Source: Phoronis australis (Eukaryota; Animalia; Phoronida). From it: a stretch of DNA of 38,832 nt. The stretch covers positions 536,472-575,303 of the forward strand of contig NMRA01000250.1 in NCBI GenBank assembly GCA_002633005.1, in the 5' to 3' direction. How positions within the stretch are numbered: the first letter of the stretch is position 1; the number at the start of each line of letters is the position of its first letter. The notes beneath the pieces are model-generated. The model worked only from the letters and a program-made list of their open reading frames with translations, made no database searches and was not told where the DNA came from. The position numbers and the translations under genes were made by a program. This document shows, piece by piece, positions 13,801-26,400 of the stretch.

Positions 13801-16249
13801 TCTTGAGTTAAGCAAAAAATCCGACGAATGCATGTGTGACTTGAACAATTTTTTCTTTTGGTGTTGCATTCTCGGTTCTTTTTAGTTGCGATCTCTTTTT
13901 ATACCTTCATTTTCTCCTTTGCAGTATACCTGAGGCGAGTGTGTACAAAGTGCTGTGGTTAAACATACTATTCAGTCCATATTACCTCGTAATGTACTTG
14001 AAGTGGTACGCCAGGTGGGTGTGGAAGTTTTACATTAAGAAGGAGGAATATGGTGATGAGGAGAAGATGTATCTTATTGAACGCAACATGAAGTGGCACA
14101 TGAATGTTGGCAATAACCAATGGCTGGTGAGTGTGGCATCATGTCATAGTTGAAAAGAATGTGCCCCTGGATTGGGTGATTCTTAGCAGTCTCGAGCAAA
14201 GTTTGGTGGCCGTAGTCCCAGAAAGGGTAATCCTTGTCTGATTCAAAAATATTTGTGTGCTAGTTAAGTATTTTTATCAAGTCGATGTGTGCTTTACAGA
14301 GCAAGCTATTCAGTGATCAGATATGACATGGAATTAAGATTATTTTGCTTTTTACTCGAGCAAATTTGAGTCTGGGGTGGGTACTGGACCCATGAAAGAA
14401 TTCTGTTCTGCACTATTTAAAACCTTAAACGGAATTTTGTTATTTTAGATGTATTGGGCTACCCAGATAGTCCTAGCAAAATAAGAAAACGCGAGTTCAA
14501 TCTCGCAAATGTAAGCCCGTCAAATGATAGGTGAAGCTGCCTTTTTGTGCCATGTTGTGTCACCGCCGAGATCCCATCACAAACAACAAAAGGCCGATAA
14601 CAGTTGCAATGACTATGAGTTTGAATAGAACACCATTGTGCGCGGGTGTTATTTGCAGCTGTTTGAATTAATAGGTTATTCTCGCCGTGACGTAGAACAG
14701 AGCAAGCCAATACGCCTAACAGTTTGTTATATTTGGCAATTTATGGCACTAGTGGGCTCAGAGCGAAGCTCTTAACATACTGTAGGAACCAAATTCACAG
14801 GTGCTACCATTGACGATAGGCTTTGATATTCTTTGGTTTTCAGGGTTTCTACTTAGTGTGTCTATGAATAGTGACTTTCAATTAAATATAACAAAGAATC
14901 TGGTTAAGACTATAATTTCAATTTCTTGAAATGATTTATAAGGTGCTGTTGGGTTATGAGCACTCACTGCTTATCCTTAATAGTAAGGTTAATAGTACAG
15001 TAATGGGCTTGATGTCATGGAAATACTGTGTAAAACGTCCTTGGATTGCAGCCCATTTTCTCACAATTTGAAAGCTTAAAAGATGGTGGAGAACTGGTCT
15101 TTGTGATCTGGTGAAGGTTAAAGTTCAAGCATAAAAAGCGAGCCAATTTCTGTATCACAAGTGACTATTATAACAACGTTTTTTGTTTGTCTTTTGCAGG
15201 CGATTCCAGATTTCAAAAAGGAGGAATATATGAATCTAGAGTTGTGGGACAAGGAAAAGTTCCAGGTATTTATTGTGTGGTTTGCACAACTTGCCATAAA
15301 TTAATTTCTTTGTCAAACTGTTTGTCATAACATGTGACAAGATTCCATTAAAAGCCGGTTTTATGATAGGTTACCGTAGCAACTAGATGTGACTTTTACT
15401 TCACTTCCTGTTGAAGCAACACAGCAAACGTTGTATATTAAGATCTACAGATTGAATACTGATATGATTGTCTTTCTAGATGTATTTTCTGTAGAATTAG
15501 CATCGCAGAACCCTTTTTACATTTCTGCAAACAACAGTACGGTAATTCTTCAAAAAATAATTACCAACATTGTCATATTTCCATGATTTTGCATAGGCCG
15601 ATTTTCTTTATGCTGTAAATGACAGAAACTTAACGAAATATCAATGTATGGTACCTAGCTAGTTTCAGACTACAAGTTTCTTGATTATTAAATTTGAAAA
15701 AATAAAATTCCATATGTCCGCCATATAGTGTGCTAAGTTAAGAGCTACACACAGAGGAGTGACCAATTCTGACAATATATATATGTAACCTCCTATAAGA
15801 CATTATAAACATACCCGACTTGAGAGACTTTTCAGGGCTTGAAATTTTCCTCTTTTAAGAGGATTACCTCTTTTTTGGTTTTGATTTCCTGTTATTTGAT
15901 TTCCAGTTTCCTCTTTTTTCGTCTCTTTTTTATCATTATTTTGACTTTATTTAATAAAAAAACGTTCATTTCAGTTAAATTTTACAACATAAACAAATTT
16001 TCTTTCACACAAGCTTATTCATTTGTGGAACAATACTTCACCTAGAAAATTTACCTCTTTTTTGGCATTGGTGATACCAAGCCCTGCTTATACAAGCACT
16101 AAATCATGTAAATTCTGTCCAAATTGCAGGCTTATAAAAATGAACAGGAGGAAGAGATGAAAGCTAAACTAGCAGAAAGTGCGCGATATAGACGCTACCG
16201 ACGTTACATGAAGAATGAAGTCTCACAGATGACGTTCGGGCCAGAATAA
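4821..16249 (+). CDS. DNAJC25: DnaJ homolog subfamily C member 25-like (signal peptide, J-domain, membrane segments). Exons: 4821-4926, 6415-6443, 6926-6991, 8115-8168, 9363-9417, 10504-10610, 12157-12297, 12591-12655, 13925-14126, 15200-15265, 16130-16249; 336 aa
   Basis: All 10 introns are GT-AG with consistent phase; the joined CDS is 1011 nt ending in TAA. Translation: hydrophobic leader MQANVAQVLLVLLVLTIPASA, then GLYCGTENCYDILGV, J-domain ISKAYRKLARKWHPD...[68 protein letters not shown] and C-terminal RYRRYRRYMKNE. These match motifs I recall for DNAJC25. Confidence 0.93.
5170..5750. mobile_element. Foldback/MITE-like long imperfect palindrome in DNAJC25 intron 1
   Basis: Left arm (e.g. 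ctcacactgattaaaacatcaaa; ttgcccaaatcgacaattggccatttt) pairs with right arm (tttgatgttttaatcagtgtgag; aaaatggccagttgccgatatgggcaa). The loop is ~5444-5496. Confidence 0.8.
8384..8476 (-). mobile_element. Short palindromic MITE copy, inverted relative to 9601-9708
   Basis: gtgcccgaattttgagaaccagttttctccactgaataatg matches the reverse complement of ~9652-9692. Confidence 0.75.
8993..9135 (+). repeat. Diverged direct duplication, period ~85 bp
   Basis: gtaattctgtga..ccatgcatgaacctg occurs at 8993 and 9078. Confidence 0.75.
9601..9708 (+). mobile_element. Short MITE with AATAGTCTGATAT...ATATCAGACTATT terminal inverted repeats
   Basis: Perfect 13-bp terminal inverted repeat, plus an internal inverted repeat tttgagaaccagttt/aaactggttctcaaa. 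Confidence 0.75.
10608..10839 (+). repeat. Minisatellite: 7 copies of a 32-33 bp unit (CAAGTAAGTACTACACAACAGTGACAGTATGA) starting at the DNAJC25 exon 6 donor
   Basis: Units start at 10608, 10641, 10673, 10706, 10738, 10770 and 10802, followed by a partial unit. Confidence 0.95.
12780..13099. mobile_element. Possible MITE with AGGGACAT...ATGTCCCT ends and degenerate TTAA flanks (Kolobok-like)
   Basis: ttga-agggacat at 12780 and atgtccct-ttta at ~13088-13099. Confidence 0.35.
15833..16086. mobile_element. Possible hAT-like MITE (CAGGGCTTG...CAAGCCCTG) just upstream of the last DNAJC25 exon
   Basis: Perfect 9-bp terminal inverted repeat and repeated internal CCTCTTTT motifs. No 8-bp target-site duplication. 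Confidence 0.45.
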
Positions 16250-17422
16250 AATTCAAACCACCCTATTTTATGTGTCATCATTTGTGCTGTAGTGCAGTGT
16301 TACTTAACACTTCATTCAAACATTTGAATTGGTCAGGTCAGGATTGTCATTTTCATTAAGCACAGTGGTGAGGAGTGTTGCGGGAGAACTTGGTAGTGCA
16401 CATTTTTCTGTGTACTTAAACATCACCTGTCAAAAATGAAACAGATAGTTCTATAAACCAAATGTCAATATTACTGAGTTTTGGAGAATCAAATTTGTTA
16501 TCTCATTGTAGACTGCACAAAATTCCATGCAAAAAACAAACAGCACTTACTAGATACAGTTATGTCTTGATCTGTTATCTTAATGCTAACATATCTGTCC
16601 CTGTGTTCAGGATATTCAGGTAGGAATGTTTGTACTTTTAGAGTTCAGATTTGAACATATTTTTGTGATAACAGTGTACTTTTATTGTGACCTGTACAAA
16701 GTTCAAAGTTCACATGTGCCTATCCATGGTACAAAACTGATAAAGTTCCATCCTGATGCTCCCAGTTCTAGCAGAAAAACAAAGAGCTTTTGTCCTCCAC
16801 CCAACTGTGTGTTCATGCTGTGTTCATTTGTTAACTGCTGGTGCTGACTGTCTTGTTTTTCCTGAAGGCAGTGTACATTTTGCACTCCTAAACTTTTTAG
16901 ACTCGAAAATTTGACTGCATTGAATTGGATGCAGTAGACATATCCAAAGGCACTTTTACTTGTAAAGAAACGTGTGTGTTTTAGTATTGACCCCAATGCA
17001 AGTGAGAGAAATTCCACAATTTGTGCTCATGTTTTGCCAAAAAGCTGAGGTTAAAACAGTTTTACTGAGAATTAATGATCGCTTGATCCACAGAGCTCTT
17101 TGATATCAGGTGATTATTTTTTATGACTAGATATTGAGTAGAACTCATGTCTATTTTTTAACTTTGGTCATTTTGTCATTATTACTCTAAAATGCGGGCG
17201 CGTATCAAGTGTGGTTGGTGTTCCATCAATCACATTTGTGGCTCCACATCAGAGGTGGTGCTTTGCTCCATTAGCCAGATAATGGTCAGCCCATATTAAA
17301 ACCTTAGTTATTTTTACTCATTGTTTTTGACTGCTGCAGCTATAATGAATTTAACAACTTTTGTCGTTTGTAAAATAAATGTTAGTCCTAATATGAATCA
17401 CCCGTCTTGCAGTTCTTGCTCT

Positions 17423-20400
17423 CTACAGCTCTATGTAAGGATTGTCTTTACTGACTTCAGCTGCATAAACAGGACTCCACAGGGACCAGAAACAGTATAA
17501 GAACGTCCCTGTCAACAGAATAAGCACCAAGCCTACGGTTAGACCAATCTTGGCTGTTCGGTCTTGTTCTAGTGACGTAATATGCGACTCATGTTTGTTC
17601 TCCTCTGCTTCCTGTTCCGCGTTCACATGCAGCCCGCATAGCTTTTCCACCAGACCTCTGCACGTGAGGCCGCGGTTTTCGTCATTCTCTGGAGTGAGGA
17701 AATTAAAAAAATAATCATTTTTGAAGCAGAGTTCACCGTCAGAGTAGTCTTCCTTCTTGACCGAGAATGAACAAGAAAGCAACTAAGATGGCTAAACCAT
17801 TTTGCAAACTTTGTCGCCCGCGTTGCACCAGTATTTTTGCTGTTGACGGAATTAGCCGTCATAACGGGAAAACGGTATTTTGTCCATTTTCTATTGTCTG
17901 TGCTGCATAATATTTCTGTTATATGGTTTTTCGTAAGATCTACGTGAAAGAATCCCAGTTCAATTAGTTGTTCCATAAATCCAAAAGAGCTATATTACCT
18001 TCAGATATCATGTATCTGTTGCTGCCAAAATCGGAGATGGTGAAAACCGTTTGTTTACTCCCGTTCGTAGAGTCGCCGTCTATGTAGCGTCTGATGTCGC
18101 CTGCCTCGTCACTGTCGCCATATTGAGTGGACGTATTTTTGTGCCCAGGAATGACCATTTCGTCGCCCTTAGAAATGAAATAGTGTAAATGTACGAAGAA
18201 TTATGCTTGACATCTGCTTGTACTCGTTTGGTGGCGGCGCTGTAGTAAAGTTAAACATTGAGCCTGATGAGAAAAGTGCTGTTAAATGTAGGAATTAGCT
18301 CTGCTTTTTAGATGCATCTACATAAACTATGGGGATTCGTTTCTATTTTGGATGGAGTCGTTCGTCGCGTCTTGATCATTACGTGTGTACTTACTGAATA
18401 GGCCGACATAAGCTATATTTTTGCGACAATGCGTTTGATACCTGGTCTGGTTCGTATTCAGGATTGTCTTGAGTTTGAACCGATACACTCTTTGGCTTGG
18501 AGTTCTTTAGCTCTTCCAGAGTTCTTGGGTCATGTCTTGACCAGTATGTCGTGTGCAGAAGCTTAAAAATAAATAAAGTCCGTGAATGTCATCTGTAAAC
18601 TAACATAATTAGTCACGTGTTCGCTACGTAAGGTTTCAAAGCAGCAAAGTGGAAAGCGTGGCTTTGTATTTATTCATGGCCAGTGTTATCGTCGACATTT
18701 GACGTAACGAGTGTTGTTTTAGTGGACCAAAAGTGGCCAAATACACAATAAGATGTAAGATGTGCGGTGGTAGGACGAACAAAGATCTCTATTTTTAGAA
18801 CTAGGTCTATAATCGCCTCCCGTGTGCTGCCATCAACTAAGGGTGCAACTTAGTTTACCTTTTCTTCCGGTGGTGGTTTGGTCAAAAAGCTGATTACCAT
18901 AGTAGCCACGACAGTCACCCAGAAGAGAATCATTGCGAAGTACATGAAATGTAGTTTGATGATATCCGGCCGGTGATCTGTCTCGTTGCACGTCTCTGGG
19001 GCACGATAGACGAAGACCAACACGAGCCGCACAAGCCCGACCGCCAGGCCGATCATGAGACCCCAAAATGCTCCCTACAAGAATTCAGATTGGTTGGCCA
19101 AGCGTGATAATGGTAGACGTACTTTGTATCAGGAAAAGATATCTTCCTGGTTGTATCTGAATCTCGCACTTCTGAAAATACGTGATCATTAATTCGTGTT
19201 GTAGGAGGAGTTAGCCTAACAAAAATCGACAGACTTCGTTTGGACAGTTGAAAATTCACTGATCGTTGCTTCACGGTGAAAGACCCTTGTTTCGGATGAA
19301 TATGAGTTTCATGTGAGGAATTGAACACATTTATAGATGAACTGCCATCTTTTAACAAAATGATATCCCTATAAGGATTCAGATTGGTTGGCCAAGAGTG
19401 ATCACGGTAGACCTTGTATCTTAACCTTGCAAGTTTTGAAAATACACGAACATTCGTGTTGTAGGAGTCAGCGTAACAAATATCGATGGACTTTATTTGG
19501 TCAGTTAAACATTCACTGATCGTTCTGTCAAGATTTACTTCTCAACGCTTCACGTATGTACGAAAGAACCTTGCTTCGGATGAATATGGTTTTCGTACGA
19601 GGAATTGAGCAGATTTAGGTGAACTGCAAAAGCGATATTACGCTTTATAACAAAACTCCCACCTGTTCGTTGACCCGGGGAATTAACATGGCCATCAAAA
19701 AGCAAGCGGCGATTGGTGGCACCAGGTAGTCGGTCACTTCTTGAATGTATATGAAGACTTGGCCGCCTTGTGTTTCCTTGACAACGGGCACCCAGGCAAC
19801 GGCGACGAGGATCATGATAAAGATGAATACTCTGGGGAATGGACAGTTTCCATTTTTTAAATTCTGCTCAGCTTCAATACATTTACATTGATATTGTTTG
19901 GAAATTAAATGGTGTCTTTCAAAATGCATTTGCCACACTGATCTTTCCGATGCTTACATGCACGTTATATTCGCCCTAATTTTTAGGAGTTGTTAACTTC
20001 TTTGCATTATGACACAAGTGGCTATCAAGACGTGTTACGTGTCTAAAATGTTAGTGGGTATTGTTTGACAGACCATCACACGATTCCCTACGTTATTGCG
20101 ATGCTCAGTCGTAGTCCTCGGGTATTTCCGCGGTTGTTACCTTCCCACAATCATCAGCTCTTTGACCGAGGCTTGCTTCCGTATCCTCTTCCAGATATCA
20201 ATGGTAAACAAGGTGCTGGCACTGTTGAAGATGGAGTCGAGGTCACTCATCAGTGCAGCTATCATGACCGCCATCATCAGACCTCGCAAACCTGAAATAC
20301 AACATCCTCGTGTCTTGGAGCGAATTCTGATGCCGTTGACTTTTTCCATACCAATTAAGCAGAACTGAAACCCGGCTCCTAGGAACCGACATATATGACC

Positions 20401-23400
20401 ATGGGCATGTCATGGCAACGATCGACCCTGGAAAAGGCGGTCTTGAAGGACGTAATGTTCAGACGAAAAATGAAATCTTTAGCCACACTGCAAACACGAA
20501 ATAAAGGACCTTTGAGTTTCAGTTCCTGATCATGATAGGGCGGGGTGCCGCCTCACATTCACAACCCAGACCTGCCCCCCGCCCCGTTCAGTAGCGGCTA
20601 AAAAGCAAGACTTCGCGAGATTACGTGAGACATTACCATGTATTTTAAATCAGAACACGTGACTTTGATTAGGTTTTAGCTAGGCCCTAGCGTTACCGAC
20701 TGAACTCACGCCTGGTCAATTACCAAGTGAAGAAAAACTCTTTGCGACACCACTAAACCCCGGTTGTCGCTGACTTCATTTACCAACCCGAGACGATACC
20801 ACGGACGAAGTAAAAACATCCACCAGAGAAAAAACCTGACTGAGGGCAAAATACCCAGCCGTGTTACCGACACGTCGACTCTTCAATTCAATGGTAGGCA
20901 CTAAGGGGTCAAATGTTAGGGAAACCAGAAAGGTCGACACGTTTATACAAAAAATAACGCCTTTGGAAACTACTTATAAAAGGAACATCGACCAACTACT
21001 TTTTGACAGTATCACGTGGCTAAGGATGTAGTGTTCTAGATTTTCAGCGGCGTAGAATTTGTCAAACGGGTTTGTCGAAGATGTACATTTTCTGTAAATA
21101 TGGACTACGGTCAATTAATTCATGGTAGTTTCAGTGAAATGTTTCATTCCCAAAAGAAACAGCATCAAGTTCGCTATCACGGAGTCCTGCGACTAAATAG
21201 CTACAACAACTTTTCAAAGGGTCATTGCAAACATGGAATACTACAAAATAACACCCTCACTTATGTCACGACAATCATGGTTGGGTTTACTCACCAGAAG
21301 GCATGATGCCAAGAACCAGTTTTGGGTAGGCGATATTAGTACATCCGGCATAGCTCTGGCATGTCTCGTAACAGATGTCTGGGTCCACACAGGCCACTTC
21401 ATCTACAATATATGTCGAACGTCAATTACAAAATGGTTGCAAGAGCTTTTTTGTTGATGAAGTTCGTCCAACACCAGTAAGCAAATGATATCAGTCATTA
21501 ATATTTTTCGAAATATCGTGTGTCTTTTAATCATGTCTCTTTTTCATATTTTTATTTTGCTCTAGCATGATAATTACATGTCACATAAAACAATACAGTA
21601 GACATCATTTACAAAGAATAACCTTAAATCACGAGTCAACAAGTACCGTATTTTCTTCAGGATCTAATTTCAATTAATAATTTAAAAGTTTATGAACATT
21701 TGGAAATTGAGATTTTTTAACAAACTTTTGGCTAAATATGTAATTTTTTGCTAGCATAATCAACAGATTATTGTTACAATTTTCCCACTGAATGTTTCCT
21801 AAAAAATCAAAGAAACTGTTTGTCTACATAAAAATTTACATGATATGTTTGTTTTAACCACTCAGCAAACAGCAGCCAGAAACCGTAGACAAGACGACAT
21901 TTCCAAAACGGAGAAATGTTTCACTGTGTTCACCACAGAAAGAGCATAAATCACTTGTTTTTATTTAAATTTTATGCAAATGATTATTGTTTGGCAATAT
22001 TCTGTGAATTAAGCTGTACTGAAACCAACGCAATTTCGTATCTTTTGTACAATTGGAGGGTAGTTTATTATTATTTTTCTCCACCATGTATCAGGGTCAC
22101 TAAAATTCATTACCTATAACACCGTTAAATCTCAGATGACCACTTTTCATATTTACAAGCTGTCTTGAGTTATTATACTGAGGTGTCATAAATATTTACC
22201 GCTTTTGATTTATTATGCTAAATTTTATAAATATAACCTGGAAAATTTGGTAAAGAGATATTGTCTTGTCTATTCCTAAGACCCCCTGTACGCTGCAAAG
22301 GTTGCACTTCTTAATCCATAAAATTCTAGTATTGGAGGTTGAAAGTTATAACTGTTACAAAGTTCTTCGTATGACATAAAAGAACCTTTAGCATTAAACA
22401 AATCACACAGACGATAGACTCCCCTTTCATACCAGGTCTTGTAGAAAATAGATTTTCTACCACAGGGGAGAGTAATTATTTTCATTTTTGTCACACATTT
22501 GAAATAGGAGCACAATATCGCTTAAAACTTCCTTCCAGAACAGATTGTCGGTTCCTTGAGATATTTTTTAAGGAAAGCGTCTCCAATTTTAAAAAAATGA
22601 TGAACTTTACAACCCAAAACTGCCTCCGCAAGGTCACGTATGGTATTTGAGGTGAATAGTTTACGAAGCCATGATATTTTCAAAGACTTAATAAAAAACT
22701 AAATACGAACCATTTTTAAACCACCATGATCCTGATTTTGTACAATTTCATTTCGGCTAACTCTGTCATTCTTCCCATTCCAAATGAAGCAAAAAAACTC
22801 GCTCTAATTCATGCCGTCAATGGAGTGACTAGGAAGGGATTGAAGCAAATGAACAATGTTGGGCAATAAAAGTGTCTTAACCACGGTTATTTTACCTAAG
22901 ACAGTAAGAATTCTTCTTGACCAAGAGCCCACCATTTTCTTAATTTTCAAAAGCCTGCCACTATAGTTAATACCTGGCATTGTATTATAATCAGTGAAGA
23001 AGTTAATTCCCAAAAACATGAAAGGTTTGTTGGTCCATGGCAGGTTTTCATTGACACAAAGTTTTTCGTCAGAGTTTTGTTTTACAATCCAAACATATCT
23101 TGTTTCCTCAATATTTGGCTTCAAACTAGAAAATTTCGCAAATTGGTCAGTTAAATTCACAGATGATCTAAGAGATAATTCAGAACCGTCCAAAATTAAC
23201 CAAGTGTCGTCGGCGTACTGGATCAGTTTAATCTCAGGAACACCTGACCCTAGTGATGCCAGCATTCCGTCGAATTAAATTACCCTATATTTCTACACAT
23301 CATACACAAAGGTAAGGAGAAATGGGGTCTCCTTGACGACAGCCTCTCCACATTTCAAAAAAACTCAGAAAAAATCCATGCTAGAAAACACAAAGACAAG

Positions 23401-26400
23401 ATTGTTGTAGAGAGTTTTGACCGTGCCAATGAACCTTGGGCCAAAGTTAAAGTATGATAATGCCTTGAGCATGAAAGACCAGGAAACCGAGTCGAAAGCT
23501 TTTTCAAAATCGATCAATAAGAGAAGTCCGGGAAAGGGTTTACAGTTTAAAAATTGAATTACATCATATAAAATTCTTATGTTTTCCCCAATATATCTGC
23601 CTTTTATGAAACCTTGTTGGTTCTCGGGAATCCGAGGTGTTTTTTAGGCGTCTTATAATACAACCATACAAAATTTTATAAGTAGTATTCAAAAGTGAAA
23701 TTGGACGCCAATTTTTATCATTCTTTTTGGTTTATTTTCTTTTGGTATTATTGAGATAATACCGTTTTTGCGTTGTAGATAATTCTCCTTCATTGATACC
23801 TTCTTTAAAAGATCGGAACAAATAACATTTAAGGTCTGACCAAAAAAAATTTTAATATTCTACTTTAAAGCCATCTGGGCCACTACTTTTGTTGTTTTTT
23901 AAATCTTTCAGAGTTGCATGGATTTCCTCCAAATAGATTATAATGTTTTCAAGTTCGACTCGGTTAGACTGGTTCAATTTTGGCATTGGGCACGATGCTA
24001 AAAGTTCATTTAAATTAACATCATCAAGGTCGCCGTCTAAGTCTTTACAGGAGTATATTTTTTATAAAAAGAAGTGATATCCGAGAGGATAACGGATTGC
24101 TCATTGATAACAGCATTATAGGAGCTTAGTAGCTTAGTTACATTCTTATTCATAAAATTTCGTTTTTTTAATGTACAAACATATTTGGTTGGTTTTTAAC
24201 CATTTTCGACCCAGTTATCTCTCGATCTGACCATAACTCCATGCGATAATCGTGTCTCTTGGTCAATCGTTTCACCAATGTTCAGTTGTCTTAAGTGAGT
24301 GCAGAAGTTTGTTCCGAGGATACGAAGGGAATGGAATAATGACAAAACGTGTCGTGTATTTAATCAATTCCGCGTATCAGTTATTAATGAGTAGCTGACA
24401 GAAGACTCCCCGCTGTAGATGCCTCCTACGAACATTTACTACGTTAGCCAACACTACATCACGTTGGGATCTCTAGCACAAATCACTTACTTGGATACTT
24501 TATTCTGCTGATCATGCCAGGCATCACCATGATGAACAGAGGTAAAATCTTTATGACGCCAGCCAGCAACGTGGCTCCTTGCGCGTGCGATAGACTCTTG
24601 GCAGCTAACGCTCTCTGAACTATCACCTGAAATATTAGCAGCACTTGCTGCTCTAGAAGACTTCGTATTTGCCAGTCATTGAACTTGCTCCAAAAATGTT
24701 AGGGTTGACGAGGTGTACAGATTATTATTTAAGTGTTTTTAAGTAATCTTTACAAAATATCTACTAACAGGCCAGTATTTGGTGCACGTTTAGATTACTT
24801 CTGGTAGTTAAATGTACTTGTATTCTACACAGACGGAAGACAGAAAAGATTATAAGAAGACAGGGATGAAAGAAATGATTCAGATGAAGGAAGACGTAAT
24901 GACCAAGAAAGAAACTGGAAGAGGTCAAGAAATATGAACCATTTGTGTGAACAAGAAGAAAGAATGGCCTACTCAGGTAGTACCTGATCGTTGCACCAGT
25001 ACCAGATAGACGCTGGTGTCTGTCCCAACAGAAACCCCAACCAAGGCATGTCCGGGTCGTCTATATCTCGTAACATCGTGAATGCGTTCTTTGAGGGTTG
25101 TCCACATGTAGTGTTTGGCGTCGTCACATTAGGTGTCGCCAGGGGGTACTTGTATATGAGCTCGTTATAACCACCGAGGTCGATGAAACCTGGAGAGTAC
25201 ACGATGACAGTCACCACTTGGGTGATAGAACACTATCGTTCCCTCTACATTGCAAATATAGTCACAAAGAAGAGCCTACCACGGTAAATTTTCTCTAATT
25301 TTCAATTCTTGACCATTTTCATGTTTCTTTTGACTTTAACATTTGATGTTTGAGGGTAAATGAATGGTTCCTTAATGTGCCTCATTTAGTCTTAACTAGC
25401 CCGTATTTTTCACCATTTCTGGCCGAATCCAGAGATGACTGCTTCGCGGCTATCACAGCTCCTGCGGCTATGGCGGCAGTAAGCATGTTCAGTGCATTGT
25501 CCTAATATCTTGAAGTTTCTTCGATACACACAGTGGTGACTAACTGACGGTAAATAAACAAGAACATATCTGTTATTTTAATTAATAACCACACTCACTC
25601 ATTATCATCAGTACAATGGCGCCTCCCACCATCAACAGAGCCTGTAGTGTATCAGTGTAGATGACTGCTGTCAGACCTCCAGTAATGGTGAGGAGCCCGG
25701 TGACGACGATAAGGATGAAAATACTTAAGTAAAGATCCCAACCAAGTGACTGTTGAATGAACAGAGCGCCCGTGTAGAGGTCTACCTGTAATATTAGATG
25801 ATTGTACCTTTAAGTATAATGGAATCTTCCTTGAAAGGGGTTCTAACGGGTTCGGATCCAATTTAACTGTTAGGGGCAAAGATATCGCTTATGGTCCAGC
25901 GCATATTAAACCCAACAGATGTACTTGAAGTTTAATGATGTTACCAAGGTGCCAGACTCCACAGTTCAATTTGCGAGGTGATTAACGTCCCTTCCTCTTC
26001 ACTACATTGAATTGTGTCTTAGCAAGCTGTATATTGATACTGAAAAGGTCCATAAATTGACTCGTAACCAATTACGTAAGTTACTCACGATCACAGTTAA
26101 ACAGAACCATTTTCTGTTTGATGATAACTTTTATGATCAGATTGACGGAGTGGCCATGGGATCATCCCTGGGACCTGTGTTAGCTAATATGTTCATGTGC
26201 AATCTCGGGACTGAGGCTCTGGGTCCACCGGATTGTAAACCACAATTTTATGGGTGTGTGGACGATACGTTTGTTGTGTTTTCATTCAAGAACTCAGTCA
26301 ACACCTTTCTCAATCACATGAAGAACATGCATCCGTCCATCAGTTTCACCATTGAATCTGAGCACGAGTCATGTTTAGCTTTTCTAGATGTCTTGGTTAA

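Noticed and set aside
18432-18441. Possible U12-type donor (GTATC) at SLC5 intron 12
   Set aside because: The sequence is GTATCAAA, not GTATCCTT.
20835-20882. CTGACTGA...CCGACACGTCGAC, loosely like a PLE hammerhead
   Set aside because: The core motifs and helix II geometry do not fit.
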